A stretch of DNA of 64,000 bases, taken from the NCBI GenBank assembly GCA_964556685.1, contig CAZKWX010000002.1:10541-74540 (forward strand), read 5' to 3'. Source of the stretch: an uncultured Bdellovibrionales bacterium (GTDB lineage Bacteria; Patescibacteriota; Minisyncoccia; Moranbacterales; DUUL01). Under the pieces are notes generated by a model. The model ran no database searches. It was not told the DNA's origin and worked only from the letters and a program-made list of their open reading frames with translations. Shown here one piece after another: positions 25,159 to 34,209 of this stretch. Numbering within the stretch: the stretch's first letter is position 1; each line of letters starts with the position of its first letter. The position numbers were made by a program, and so were the translations under genes.

Positions 25159-26988
25159 CTAAGCTTTTTCTTCGATTTCTTTTTTCACTCTTTCAATAAA
25201 GTTGGCTACTTTCATTACATTTTGCTTCTTGCCTTCCCTTTCCCGCACAGCAACCGCATCATCTTTTTCTTCTTTTTCTCCCACCACTAAAATGTAGGGA
25301 GTTTTTTGTTTGGTAGCGTTGGCAATGCGTTTGCCCAGTGACTCATCGGCATCATCCAGTTCTACTCGAATATCATTCTCTTTGAGTTGATCATGAACTG
25401 ATCTGGCATACTTAGCATATTTTTTTGAAATCGGTAAAATAACTGCTTGGACAGGAGAAAGCCAGACGGGGAATGCTCCGGCATAATGCTCGATCAAAAT
25501 TCCAACAAAGCGTTGAATTGACCCCATGATTGTTCGGTGGATCATAGCTGGTCGTTTAGCCTCTCCGCCCTTGTCAATATATTCCAAATTATATCTTTCA
25601 GGCATTGAAAAATCTAATTGAACAGTGCCGCACTGCCAAGAACGACCAAGAGAATCTTTGATGTGAAAATCAATTTTTGGTCCGTAGAAGGCGCCGTCAC
25701 CTTCATTGATTTTATATTCTAGTTTCAGATTTTTTAATGCTCGCTCTAGAGCTTTTTCTGACTTATCCCACATTTTACTTGAGCCAAGAAATTTCTCCGG
25801 CCTGGTAGAAAGTTCAATATGCACATCGGAGAAATTGAAGAATTTGTAAAATTCCAGTATTAGAGTGATAACATCTTTAATTTCTTTCTCTATCTGGTCA
25901 TCACGAGCGAAAATATGAGCATCGTCTTGACGAAAAGCTCTTACTCGAAATAAACCGCTCAAAGTGCCAGAAGGCTCGTGTCGATGTACTTCACCCTTTT
26001 CGGCATATTTCAAAGGGAATTCTCGATAAGAATGAAGATGGGTGTTGTAGATAATAATAGTGCCTGGGCAATTCATCGGTTTGATTGCATAAACCTCATC
26101 ATCTATCTTGGTGAAATACATATTGTCCTTGTAATGATCCCAATGGCCTGATTTGTGCCACATTTCTTCGGATAGCATGATGGGAGTAGACAGGGTTTGA
26201 TAGCCGGCTTTATTGAGCAACTTATCATAAGGTTTCATCAGTGCATCTCGCAGATCCATTCCTTTCGGATGCCAGAAAGCAAAACCACGACCCTCGTTAT
26301 GAAAACTGAACAAATCCAGCTCCTTGCCAATCTTTCGATGATCACGCTTTTGAGCCTCTTCCAACATGAACAAATATTGCTTTAATTCTTTCTTAGTCTT
26401 AAAAGCTGTGCCATAAATTCTTTGAAGCTGTTCACGCTTTTCATCGCCTCTCCAATAGGCACCGGAAATTTTGGTTAGTTTCATTGCATCGGGTTTGATT
26501 TCACCAGTTGATTCCAAGTGAGGGCCAGAGCAGAGATCAACAAAAGGTCCGCTCTTATAAACCATCACCCGTCCTTCGTTCCGCTTCGCGGAACTACGGA
26601 GGGCAGGCTTCTTTTTCTTCTGTTCCTTAGCGATATCATTTATAAGTTCAACCTTGTATGGCTGCTTGGCTTTCTCGAAGTGTTTGATGGCATCTTCAAA
26701 AGACATCATCTTTTTTTCAAAAGGATGATTGGCGGCGATGATAGCCTTCATTTTTTCTTCCAAAAGGGGAAGATCCTCAGGAATGAGAGTGCGGGGAAGC
26801 TCGAAATCATAATAGAATCCATCATCAATTGCCGGACCAATGGCAAATTTGGCTTCAGGAAACATTTCCAAAACCGCCGCGGCCAGCACATGAGAGGTAC
26901 TATGGCGCAAGACGTCTAGTTTGCTAGTTTTCTTGTTTTCTGCCTGCTCCGAGGGAGCAAGGCGACTTTTCGGGGGTTGTTTTGACAT
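25159..26988 (-). CDS. thrS: threonyl-tRNA synthetase lacking the N-terminal TGS domain
   Basis: N2 editing-domain motifs LRHSTSHVLAAAV...GPAIDDGFYYDF, class II core motifs (FRVRAFRQDDAHIF), and a C-terminal anticodon-binding domain. Only about 27 aa precede the N2 domain. Confidence 0.9.
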   Translation of the reverse strand: MSKQPPKSRLAPSEQAENKKTSKLDVLRHSTSHVLAAAVLEMFPEAKFAIGPAIDDGFYYDFELPRTLIPEDLPLLEEKMKAIIAANHPFEKKMMSFEDAIKHFEKAKQPYKVELINDIAKEQKKKKPALRSSAKRNEGRVMVYKSGPFVDLCSGPHLESTGEIKPDAMKLTKISGAYWRGDEKREQLQRIYGTAFKTKKELKQYLFMLEEAQKRDHRKIGKELDLFSFHNEGRGFAFWHPKGMDLRDALMKPYDKLLNKAGYQTLSTPIMLSEEMWHKSGHWDHYKDNMYFTKIDDEVYAIKPMNCPGTIIIYNTHLHSYREFPLKYAEKGEVHRHEPSGTLSGLFRVRAFRQDDAHIFARDDQIEKEIKDVITLILEFYKFFNFSDVHIELSTRPEKFLGSSKMWDKSEKALERALKNLKLEYKINEGDGAFYGPKIDFHIKDSLGRSWQCGTVQLDFSMPERYNLEYIDKGGEAKRPAMIHRTIMGSIQRFVGILIEHYAGAFPVWLSPVQAVILPISKKYAKYARSVHDQLKENDIRVELDDADESLGKRIANATKQKTPYILVVGEKEEKDDAVAVREREGKKQNVMKVANFIERVKKEIEEKA

Positions 26989-27133
26989 AGTTGTGAATAA
27001 GTTAGTATTAAATGAGTTAAATTAAGGTTCTTTTGACATTTGAATACGAATGTGATTAGATTGATGATCAAAGAGTTCTTAAAGGCTAGAGTGGATTATC
27101 TTCCCATGTATCTAAGAGAATAGGAGGTAGGTC

Positions 27134-27565
27134 ATGCAAGAGGTAACAGTTATAATTCCTCATGGTTGTTGTCCGGGAATGCCAGGCAAATTTGTATTAA
27201 AACAAGATAGCAGGGGAAACGTTATTCTTCCTCCGAAAACAACGGGTACTTGCACCGGATGTCGCAAGGAAGATATAGGGACTGCCTTTGGAATTGAGTC
27301 CAAGGATGGCGAGATGGCCTCAATCCTCAATATGTTTGGCTGTCCCTTTTGTGGCAAAGGTAGAATGACAATGAGACTACTCATTAAGCATCCTAGGGCC
27401 ATGGAAGGCAAAGATAATTCTTCTGCGGCTGACGTTAAAATCGAATTCCTTGTTCAGGGCGAAGGGGGCAATGACGACCGAATCTCTTGTGACAACTGCA
27501 ATATGGAGTTAGTTGTTTCTGAGACGGGCTCTGTCCTTTTAAGTTGCCCTTGGCAAGAAGACTAA
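27134..27565 (+). CDS. hypothetical Cys-rich small protein (143 aa; CCPG, CTGC, CPFC, CDNC pairs)
   Basis: Strong RBS taggagg upstream. Four CxxC-like pairs suggest Zn-ribbon(s). Local GC is somewhat higher than in the flanks. Confidence 0.55.
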   Translation: MQEVTVIIPHGCCPGMPGKFVLKQDSRGNVILPPKTTGTCTGCRKEDIGTAFGIESKDGEMASILNMFGCPFCGKGRMTMRLLIKHPRAMEGKDNSSAADVKIEFLVQGEGGNDDRISCDNCNMELVVSETGSVLLSCPWQED

Positions 27566-27622
27566 GTGAGGAATGTAAGGGCAATATTCACTTACTCAAA
27601 AACCTCATCTCATAACCTATTC

Positions 27623-27652
27623 GCAGGCGCCCAACTGGGCGTCTTTGCATTT
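27623..27652 (+). terminator. rho-independent terminator
   Basis: aggcgcccaactgggcgtctttgcattt. Confidence 0.55.
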
Positions 27653-28174
27653 ACTAGATGCAGGAATAGATTCTGAGACGAGGCTTCTTTTGAACGTTAG
27701 TACGGACGTTATAACGTACGTACTAACGAAGCTCGCGGTTCCACTCAGGTTTTTCGCCCCTCCCTTTACAAAGGGAGGTTGGGAGGGTTTTTCATTAAAA
27801 GTATAGACCGAAAACTCCCTCATTCCCCCTTTAAAAAGGGGGAGGCAAAACACTCTCTGATTGTTTTTGGCTTAGTCCCTTGTTTTTGACTGTAGCGACG
27901 TATATAAGCGTCGCCTACATTGCGTGTACACATTGTGCGCGCATATATCGAGTACATTTGCAAGCTAGGGAAGTGAACGTGGCAGTGCCACGTTCCTACG
28001 TATTTGGTAGACACATCAATCACCAAGAGAACTAAAGTTTATTATATTAGTTTGTAGAAAAATGTCAAATCCTATTAAGTCTGAATGACAAAGCTCAAAT
28101 GCCAAATCAAATCCAAAATCCAAATAGAAATTACTTAATTTAGCATTGATTTGTTATTTTTGATTTAAAATTTG

Positions 28175-31100
28175 TCATTCTATGGATACATTTTCTTTCC
28201 CGACTATATTTCTGATTTTGTCGACTACTACTTCGTCATAGTCAATCTGATGAGGTGTTTCTAACTTTGAACCATTATCTTCGGTGGTCAAATAGACTCG
28301 GCATTTGCCTTTTTCAGCGCTGCAGACCACTTGAGATATTTTTTCTAAAACATCATTGCCGCATTGGTCACCAATGCAAACGGTAATGTTTTTTTTGATC
28401 GGTTGATTGATATTATTACTAATAGACGTGTTAAAATTATTTGTATTATTCATACCAAACCCCCCCTTAGTCCCCCCCTTGGTAAGGGGGGGAGAATTAC
28501 GAGTGAGTAATTCTCGGGGGGATCTGTCTGATTCAGAATTTTTATATTTTTGTAATTCTTCCTTATCAACAATAAAACCATCCTCGCAAAGCAGTTTCCA
28601 TTCGCCCTCTTTTTCAGAAAGTCTTCCTTTGGCCAAAATGACTTTTTCTTCTTGCCAAACATCTGGATCTTTTTCAAGAGTCTTGGGGAAGACTAGGCCT
28701 TCTATTTTTCCAACTCCATCTTCAATGACAGCAAAATACATCAGCTGATTGTTTCGAGTGTAGACTTTTTGAATTTTTGTAATGATTCCACCGATGGTCA
28801 CTGTTTGATTGGTGTGATCGCGAGTGATGCTTCGGATGGGCAGAGCTTTAGCTGAAAAATAATCCTGATAGCCGCGCAGTGGATGGTCAGAGACATAAAG
28901 CCCTAAAAGCTCTTTTTCCCAGGAAAGCCTTTGATTTTTTGAAGCTGGGGGAACATCCTTGAGGGTGATTTCAGGAGATTGAATAGTCTGTTCTCCGCCC
29001 ATGGCGAAAATGGAAGACTGGCCGTTGGACGAATTTTTCTGAAAATCTTTAGAGTGAGCTAGTAGTGTTTCTATATTTTGAATCACTTTGTTTCGATTGC
29101 CATCAACAATGCTGTCCAGCGCGCCTGATTTGGCTAAAGACTCAATAGATTTTTTGTTAAGATCTTTGTCTTGAATTCGTTCAATCAGGTTAATAATGTC
29201 TTTGTAGGGACCATCTTTCTTGCGCTGCTCAATGATTTCTTCAGCAATGTGAGCGCCTACACCCTTGATGGCTTCGAGGCCAAAACGAATTTTTGGCTGA
29301 TCAGTTTGAGCCGTTTCAGCAATTACTGCGAAATCTCGAAAACTTTCGTTCACGTCGGGAGCGAGAACTTCAATGCCTATACCGCGAACTTCTTCAATTT
29401 CAATGGCAATCCGATCAATGTCGTCTTTGTCAGAGTTGAGCAAAGCAGCCATGAATTGAGCCGGATAGTGAGCTTTAAGATAGGCGGTTTGATAGCCGAT
29501 CAGGGCATAGCAAGCAGCGTGAGAACGATTAAAACCATAACCGGCAAAAGGTTCGACAAAAGAAAAAACTTTTTCAGCCAGTTTTCGATCCACTCCATTT
29601 TTCACACAGCCATCAATAAATTTGGCTTTCTCCTCCTGAATCAATTCATGAATCTTCTTTCCCATAGCTTTTCGCAGCACGTCTGCTTCTCCGGGAGAAA
29701 ATCCAGCCAATTCTCGAGCAATCTGCATCACCTGCTCTTGATAGACTGCCACGCCATAGGTCTTTTCCAAGATGGGTTTGAGTTTGGGGTGAAGATAGGT
29801 GGCTTTCTTGCGACCATGTTTTCCAGCAATGAAATCAGGAATCCACTCCATCGGTCCGGGTCGATAGAGAGCTACCATAGCAATGACGTCTTCAAAAGTG
29901 GTGGGTTTGAGTTGGCGCAGATTTCTTTTCATGCCGCCAGATTCCAGCTGGAACACGCCAGTGGTGTCTCCTCGTTGCAGCAACTGATAGGTGTCTAAAT
30001 CATCCAGAGGGATAGTTTCAATGTTAATCTTTTTACCAGTAGTTTTTTCGACAATTTTCAGAGTGTTTTCAATAATAGTAAGATTTTTTAATCCCAAAAA
30101 GTCCATTTTCAAAAGTCCAATTTTCTCCACATAGGAAGTCTTGGAGGAGGCACTATATTGCGTGACAATAATTTGTTCTTCTGAGCCTTTGCGTCCAGCC
30201 ATATATTGAAGGGGAGTGTAGCTGACAACTGGCTCTTTGGTGATCACCACTCCACAGGCATGCACTGAAGCATGACGCGCTACTCCTTCAAGTCGCAACG
30301 CAGCGTCGATAACATTTTTAGCATCTTCATTAGTATTATATTCATTAATTAACTCCTTAGAGCTTTCCAATGCATCCTTGAGCTTGGTGAACATGGGAAC
30401 CGTTTTGGCTAATTTGTCGCAATAGGAATATTCCACTCCTAAAACCCTTCCAGCATCACGAATGGCAGCTCGAGCGGCCATGGTTCCAAAGGTAATGATC
30501 TGGGCCACGTGGTCATTGCCATATTTTTTTCGCACATAGTCTAAAACTTCATCTCTTCGATGATCAGCAAAGTCAATGTCAACATCCGGCATGGAGATTC
30601 GATCGGGATTCAAAAATCGCTCAAAAAGCAGTTCGTATTTAATGGGATCGATATCAGTGGTGTTGGTCAAATATGAAACAAAACTGCCAGCGGCGCTTCC
30701 TCGGCCAGGACCCACAATGATGCCAGAATCTTTGGCCCAGTTGATGAAATCTTGAACGATCAGGAAATAGGAAGAGAAGCCCATTTTCTCAAGCACGCCT
30801 AGCTCATATTCAAGTCTTTCCTGGTGTTCTTTGGTGTAACCTTCTTTGTCCGGGTATCTTTTTTCAATGCCTTCCTGGCAGAGTTTTCTCAAATATGAAT
30901 CAGGGGTGAAGCCGTCAGGAACACTGAAATGGGGGAGCAGAATTTCTCCAAATTTTATTTTCACGTCACATTGCTTGGCGATCTTTTGAGTGTTTTCAAT
31001 AGCTTCGGGAGTCTCCTTGAAAAACTCGATCATCTCCTCGGGGCTTTTCAAATAGAGGGCTGAATCAGCCATGGACAATCGATTAGTGTCGGCCACTTTT

Positions 31101-31852
31101 TTGTTGGTTTGAATGCAAACTAAAATGTCCTGAACAGAATTGTCGTCAGGATTGACATAATGAATGTCAGCGGTAGCGACCAAAGGAATACCAGTTTCTT
31201 TCGAAATTTGTTTCAATCCCTCATTAGCAATTTTTTGTTTTTCTAGGTTGGGCTGATGGTGCAATTCAAGATAGTAGTTTCCTTTGCCAAAAATTTCCTG
31301 ATAGTCTAGCGCCTTTTCCTTGGCCGCATCCAGCTTTTTGGAAATAATCAGTTGAGCTGGCTCTCCTTGAATGCAACCACTCATGCCAATGAGGCCCTCA
31401 GAATATTTTTTAAGCAATTCCATGTCCACTCGAGGCTTGTAATAATAACCCTGAAGGTGAGCCTCAGTCACCAATTTCATGAGATTCTTGTAGCCCTGAT
31501 TGTTTTTAGCTATCAGGGTCAGGTGATAGCGCTCGTCATCAATGTTAGGCCGCTTGTTGTGCATCCCGTTGGGAGCAACATACATTTCACAGCCAATGAT
31601 TGGTTTAATGCCGCGTTTGGTGGCTTTTTCATAAAACTCAATCACGCCATACATGGTGCCATGGTCAGTGATGGCGATGGAATCCATGCCTAACTCCTCG
31701 ACCTTGTCGAGAATATCATCAATTTTTCCCAGACCATCTAGGAGGCTATAGTGAGTGTGAACATGAAGATGAGTAAACCGAGCTGGTTTACTTGTTTCTT
31801 GCCCTGCGGAAGCAGGGCTTCTTTGCAGGGTTTGATTTTCTGATTTTGGCAT
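28175..31852 (-). CDS. dnaE: DNA polymerase III alpha subunit (DnaE-type) with a Cys-containing C-terminal extension
   Basis: PHP domain HLHVHTHYSLLDG..., polymerase core motifs, and an OB fold. The last ~120 aa are unusual: they include the NSPPLTKGGTKGGFG hairpin-derived segment and a CIGDQCGN...CSAEKGKC cluster. Confidence 0.93.
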   Translation of the reverse strand: MPKSENQTLQRSPASAGQETSKPARFTHLHVHTHYSLLDGLGKIDDILDKVEELGMDSIAITDHGTMYGVIEFYEKATKRGIKPIIGCEMYVAPNGMHNKRPNIDDERYHLTLIAKNNQGYKNLMKLVTEAHLQGYYYKPRVDMELLKKYSEGLIGMSGCIQGEPAQLIISKKLDAAKEKALDYQEIFGKGNYYLELHHQPNLEKQKIANEGLKQISKETGIPLVATADIHYVNPDDNSVQDILVCIQTNKKVADTNRLSMADSALYLKSPEEMIEFFKETPEAIENTQKIAKQCDVKIKFGEILLPHFSVPDGFTPDSYLRKLCQEGIEKRYPDKEGYTKEHQERLEYELGVLEKMGFSSYFLIVQDFINWAKDSGIIVGPGRGSAAGSFVSYLTNTTDIDPIKYELLFERFLNPDRISMPDVDIDFADHRRDEVLDYVRKKYGNDHVAQIITFGTMAARAAIRDAGRVLGVEYSYCDKLAKTVPMFTKLKDALESSKELINEYNTNEDAKNVIDAALRLEGVARHASVHACGVVITKEPVVSYTPLQYMAGRKGSEEQIIVTQYSASSKTSYVEKIGLLKMDFLGLKNLTIIENTLKIVEKTTGKKINIETIPLDDLDTYQLLQRGDTTGVFQLESGGMKRNLRQLKPTTFEDVIAMVALYRPGPMEWIPDFIAGKHGRKKATYLHPKLKPILEKTYGVAVYQEQVMQIARELAGFSPGEADVLRKAMGKKIHELIQEEKAKFIDGCVKNGVDRKLAEKVFSFVEPFAGYGFNRSHAACYALIGYQTAYLKAHYPAQFMAALLNSDKDDIDRIAIEIEEVRGIGIEVLAPDVNESFRDFAVIAETAQTDQPKIRFGLEAIKGVGAHIAEEIIEQRKKDGPYKDIINLIERIQDKDLNKKSIESLAKSGALDSIVDGNRNKVIQNIETLLAHSKDFQKNSSNGQSSIFAMGGEQTIQSPEITLKDVPPASKNQRLSWEKELLGLYVSDHPLRGYQDYFSAKALPIRSITRDHTNQTVTIGGIITKIQKVYTRNNQLMYFAVIEDGVGKIEGLVFPKTLEKDPDVWQEEKVILAKGRLSEKEGEWKLLCEDGFIVDKEELQKYKNSESDRSPRELLTRNSPPLTKGGTKGGFGMNNTNNFNTSISNNINQPIKKNITVCIGDQCGNDVLEKISQVVCSAEKGKCRVYLTTEDNGSKLETPHQIDYDEVVVDKIRNIVGKENVSIE
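28459..28524. repeat. two adjacent palindromic hairpins inside the dnaE CDS
   Basis: ccccccttagtccccccttggtaagggggggag, then gagaattac-gagtga-gtaattctc with a perfect 9-bp stem. Confidence 0.75.
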
Positions 31853-32063
31853 TGTGGTGAAAATGGGAAACGCGAAGTTTATTTACTTGGGTATTATACA
31901 GGTTAAAAGGATAAATTTCAATTTGACTTGGGTCAAAAAATTTGGGAGAGATATAACACGTATTATTTAGTAATTGATTTTAGTACCTAAAGATGTTAGG
32001 TTAGATGGGTAGGTAAAAAGTGCAAAGTTTAAAATTACAGATTAAAATTTAACACTTGATAAA

Positions 32064-32324
32064 ATGAGCGGAAAAGACAAAGAAATTACACTCGAGAGCA
32101 ACATTATGGAGGTGGTGCAGACGAATCCAAAAACAGCTGAAGTTTTTATGAAACACGGGCTTCCTTGTGTGGGCTGTGCTGCATCTCGATTTGAAAAAAT
32201 ATCTGATGTTGTCGCAGAGTTCGGAGTGGATGAAGAAGAATTAGTGAAAGAGCTGAACGAAGCTGTGGATCCCACTTCGTCCCGTCAAGGCGGAACTACG
32301 AAGGACAATGCAAAGAAAGCATGA
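32064..32324 (+). CDS. DUF1858 (hybrid-cluster-protein-associated redox disulfide domain) small protein
   Basis: ITLESNIMEVVQTNPKTAEVFMKHGLPCVGCAASRFEKISDVVAEFGVDEEELVKELN matches the DUF1858 pattern, including the CxxC. Confidence 0.65.
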   Translation: MSGKDKEITLESNIMEVVQTNPKTAEVFMKHGLPCVGCAASRFEKISDVVAEFGVDEEELVKELNEAVDPTSSRQGGTTKDNAKKA

Positions 32325-32398
32325 TTCGAGAAAATGTGATATAATCATTTTAAGGGGAAAATCCCTGCAGGCGCGGGGATTGTATTTTGGTTAACCAT

Positions 32399-34018
32399 AT
32401 GATTAGACGTCTCACCAACCATTTCGTCAATGGCGAAAAAGTTTCTGAATCGATCACTCGATCAGCAGCTTTGATTGCGGTGATGGGAATTGCCAGCCGA
32501 TTTTTGGGTTTGATTCGGGATAGAATTTTAGCATCAAAGTTTGGTGCTGGTGATGTGCTGGACGCCTATTATGCTGCTTTCAAAACTCCTGATTTGATCT
32601 ATGGACTTTTGGTTCTGGGAGCAATTTCAGCTGCCTTTGTCCCGATTTTCACTTCACTGATTTCTAAAAACGATGAAAAAACAGCTTGGCGATTGGTCAA
32701 TATTTTGATTTCAGTGGGAGTGATTGTTTTGGGAGCAGTCTCAGTGATTCTGTTTATTCTTGCTCCGCAAGTGATTGACGTTTTGACTTTTGGATATAGC
32801 GATGAGAAGAAAGAGCTGGTGACTCAATTGACTCGAGTGATGCTGCTTTCTCCAATCATCTTGGGAATTTCAGGAGTGATGGGAGGAGTACTCAATTCTT
32901 TTAAAAAATTCTTCTTCTATTCATTAGCGCCAATTATGTATAACGTGGGAATCATATTTGGTGCTTTATTTTTGATTAAACCGTTTGGGCCAATGGGATT
33001 GGCCCTGGGTGTCGTTTTAGGTGCGTTGCTTCATTTGGCGATTCAAGTGCCAGAAGTGGTGCGCTCCGGCTTCAGTTTCCAATGGATTGCTGATTTCAAG
33101 GATAAATATCTCAAAAAAGTTATTTTACTGATGATTCCACGAGCGCTCGGAATTGCAGTGGCGCAAATCAACTTGATCGTTGTCACGGTGCTGGCCTCAA
33201 CATTGGCGGCAGGAAGTTTGGCTGTTTTCACCTTTGCTGACAATCTTCAAAGCGTGCCGCTGGGAATTTTTGGAATTTCTTTTGCTATAGCCGCTTTTCC
33301 CACACTGTCATCTCTTTGGGCCAAAGGAGAAAAAGAACAGTTCATCACTCGTTTCACCAACACTTTGAGAAAGGTGATGTTTTTCATCATTCCGGCCTCA
33401 GCGCTCATTTTTGTTCTACGTGCACAGATTGTGCGTGTGGTGCTGGGAACCGGTCAATTTGACTGGGAAGACACGTTGCTCACTCTTTCGGCTCTTGGAG
33501 TGTTCACTTTTTCTCTTTGGGCTCAAGGTGCCATTCCGCTGCTGGCCCGCGCTTTCTATTCGATGCAAAACACTCTCATTCCATTTTTAATAGGTCTTTT
33601 TTCCAGTGCGGTTAATGTCACTTTGGCGCTACTGCTGATCGACGAGCACGGCATCATTGGTTTGGTTTGGGCCTTTAGTATTGCCGCCATAGTCAATGCC
33701 ACGTTGCTCTTCGTGGTGTTGCGAACAAAAGTAGGTGAAATGAAAGGACGAGGATTTTTGAAAATGATTGGTAAAGTGTTAGTGGCCACAGTGATCATGA
33801 TTACAGTGACGCAGGTCATCAAAAACACAATTAGTGCCGATCCTTTTGGAGAAGACAGAACATTCTTGGGAGTTTTCACTCAGATGATGGTGGCTTTAGT
33901 AGGTGGGTTATTCACCTATATCGTTATGGGCAAGATTCTTAACATTGAAGAAATGCATCACTTTGTAGCCGTGGCGAAAAGGAAAATGTCGAATAGGAGT
34001 AAGCTTCCTAAGAGCTAA
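32399..34018 (+). CDS. murJ: lipid II flippase MurJ/MviN
   Basis: ...RFLGLIRDRILASKFGAGDVLDAYYAAFKTPDLIYGL... MurJ N-terminus, with about 14 TM helices. Confidence 0.9.
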   Translation: MIRRLTNHFVNGEKVSESITRSAALIAVMGIASRFLGLIRDRILASKFGAGDVLDAYYAAFKTPDLIYGLLVLGAISAAFVPIFTSLISKNDEKTAWRLVNILISVGVIVLGAVSVILFILAPQVIDVLTFGYSDEKKELVTQLTRVMLLSPIILGISGVMGGVLNSFKKFFFYSLAPIMYNVGIIFGALFLIKPFGPMGLALGVVLGALLHLAIQVPEVVRSGFSFQWIADFKDKYLKKVILLMIPRALGIAVAQINLIVVTVLASTLAAGSLAVFTFADNLQSVPLGIFGISFAIAAFPTLSSLWAKGEKEQFITRFTNTLRKVMFFIIPASALIFVLRAQIVRVVLGTGQFDWEDTLLTLSALGVFTFSLWAQGAIPLLARAFYSMQNTLIPFLIGLFSSAVNVTLALLLIDEHGIIGLVWAFSIAAIVNATLLFVVLRTKVGEMKGRGFLKMIGKVLVATVIMITVTQVIKNTISADPFGEDRTFLGVFTQMMVALVGGLFTYIVMGKILNIEEMHHFVAVAKRKMSNRSKLPKS

Positions 34019-34044
34019 TTAAGTTTCTTATAGATTAGGATGAT

Positions 34045-34075
34045 AAAAAACCGGCACTTGGCCGGGTTTTTATTT
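34045..34075 (+). terminator. rho-independent terminator
   Basis: aaaaaaccggcacttggccgggtttttattt. Confidence 0.65.
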
Positions 34076-34150
34076 AAAGTCATATTTAAAGTCATCCATA
34101 GAGTATTCTATGGTATATACTAACGTATATACGTTTTTTGACTAGTACAA

Positions 34151-34188
34151 ACAAAAAACTCAGCTCTTCTGACCGGAGCTGAGTTTTA
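34151..34188. terminator. bidirectional hairpin terminator flanked by an A-run and a T-run
   Basis: aaaaaactcagctcttctgaccggagctgagtttt. Confidence 0.55.
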
Positions 34189-34209
34189 AGTTATCTAATT
34201 CAAAATTTT

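Noticed and set aside
29171-29998. 275-aa plus-strand ORF inside dnaE
   Set aside because: It is a shadow ORF antisense to dnaE, with a low-complexity translation.
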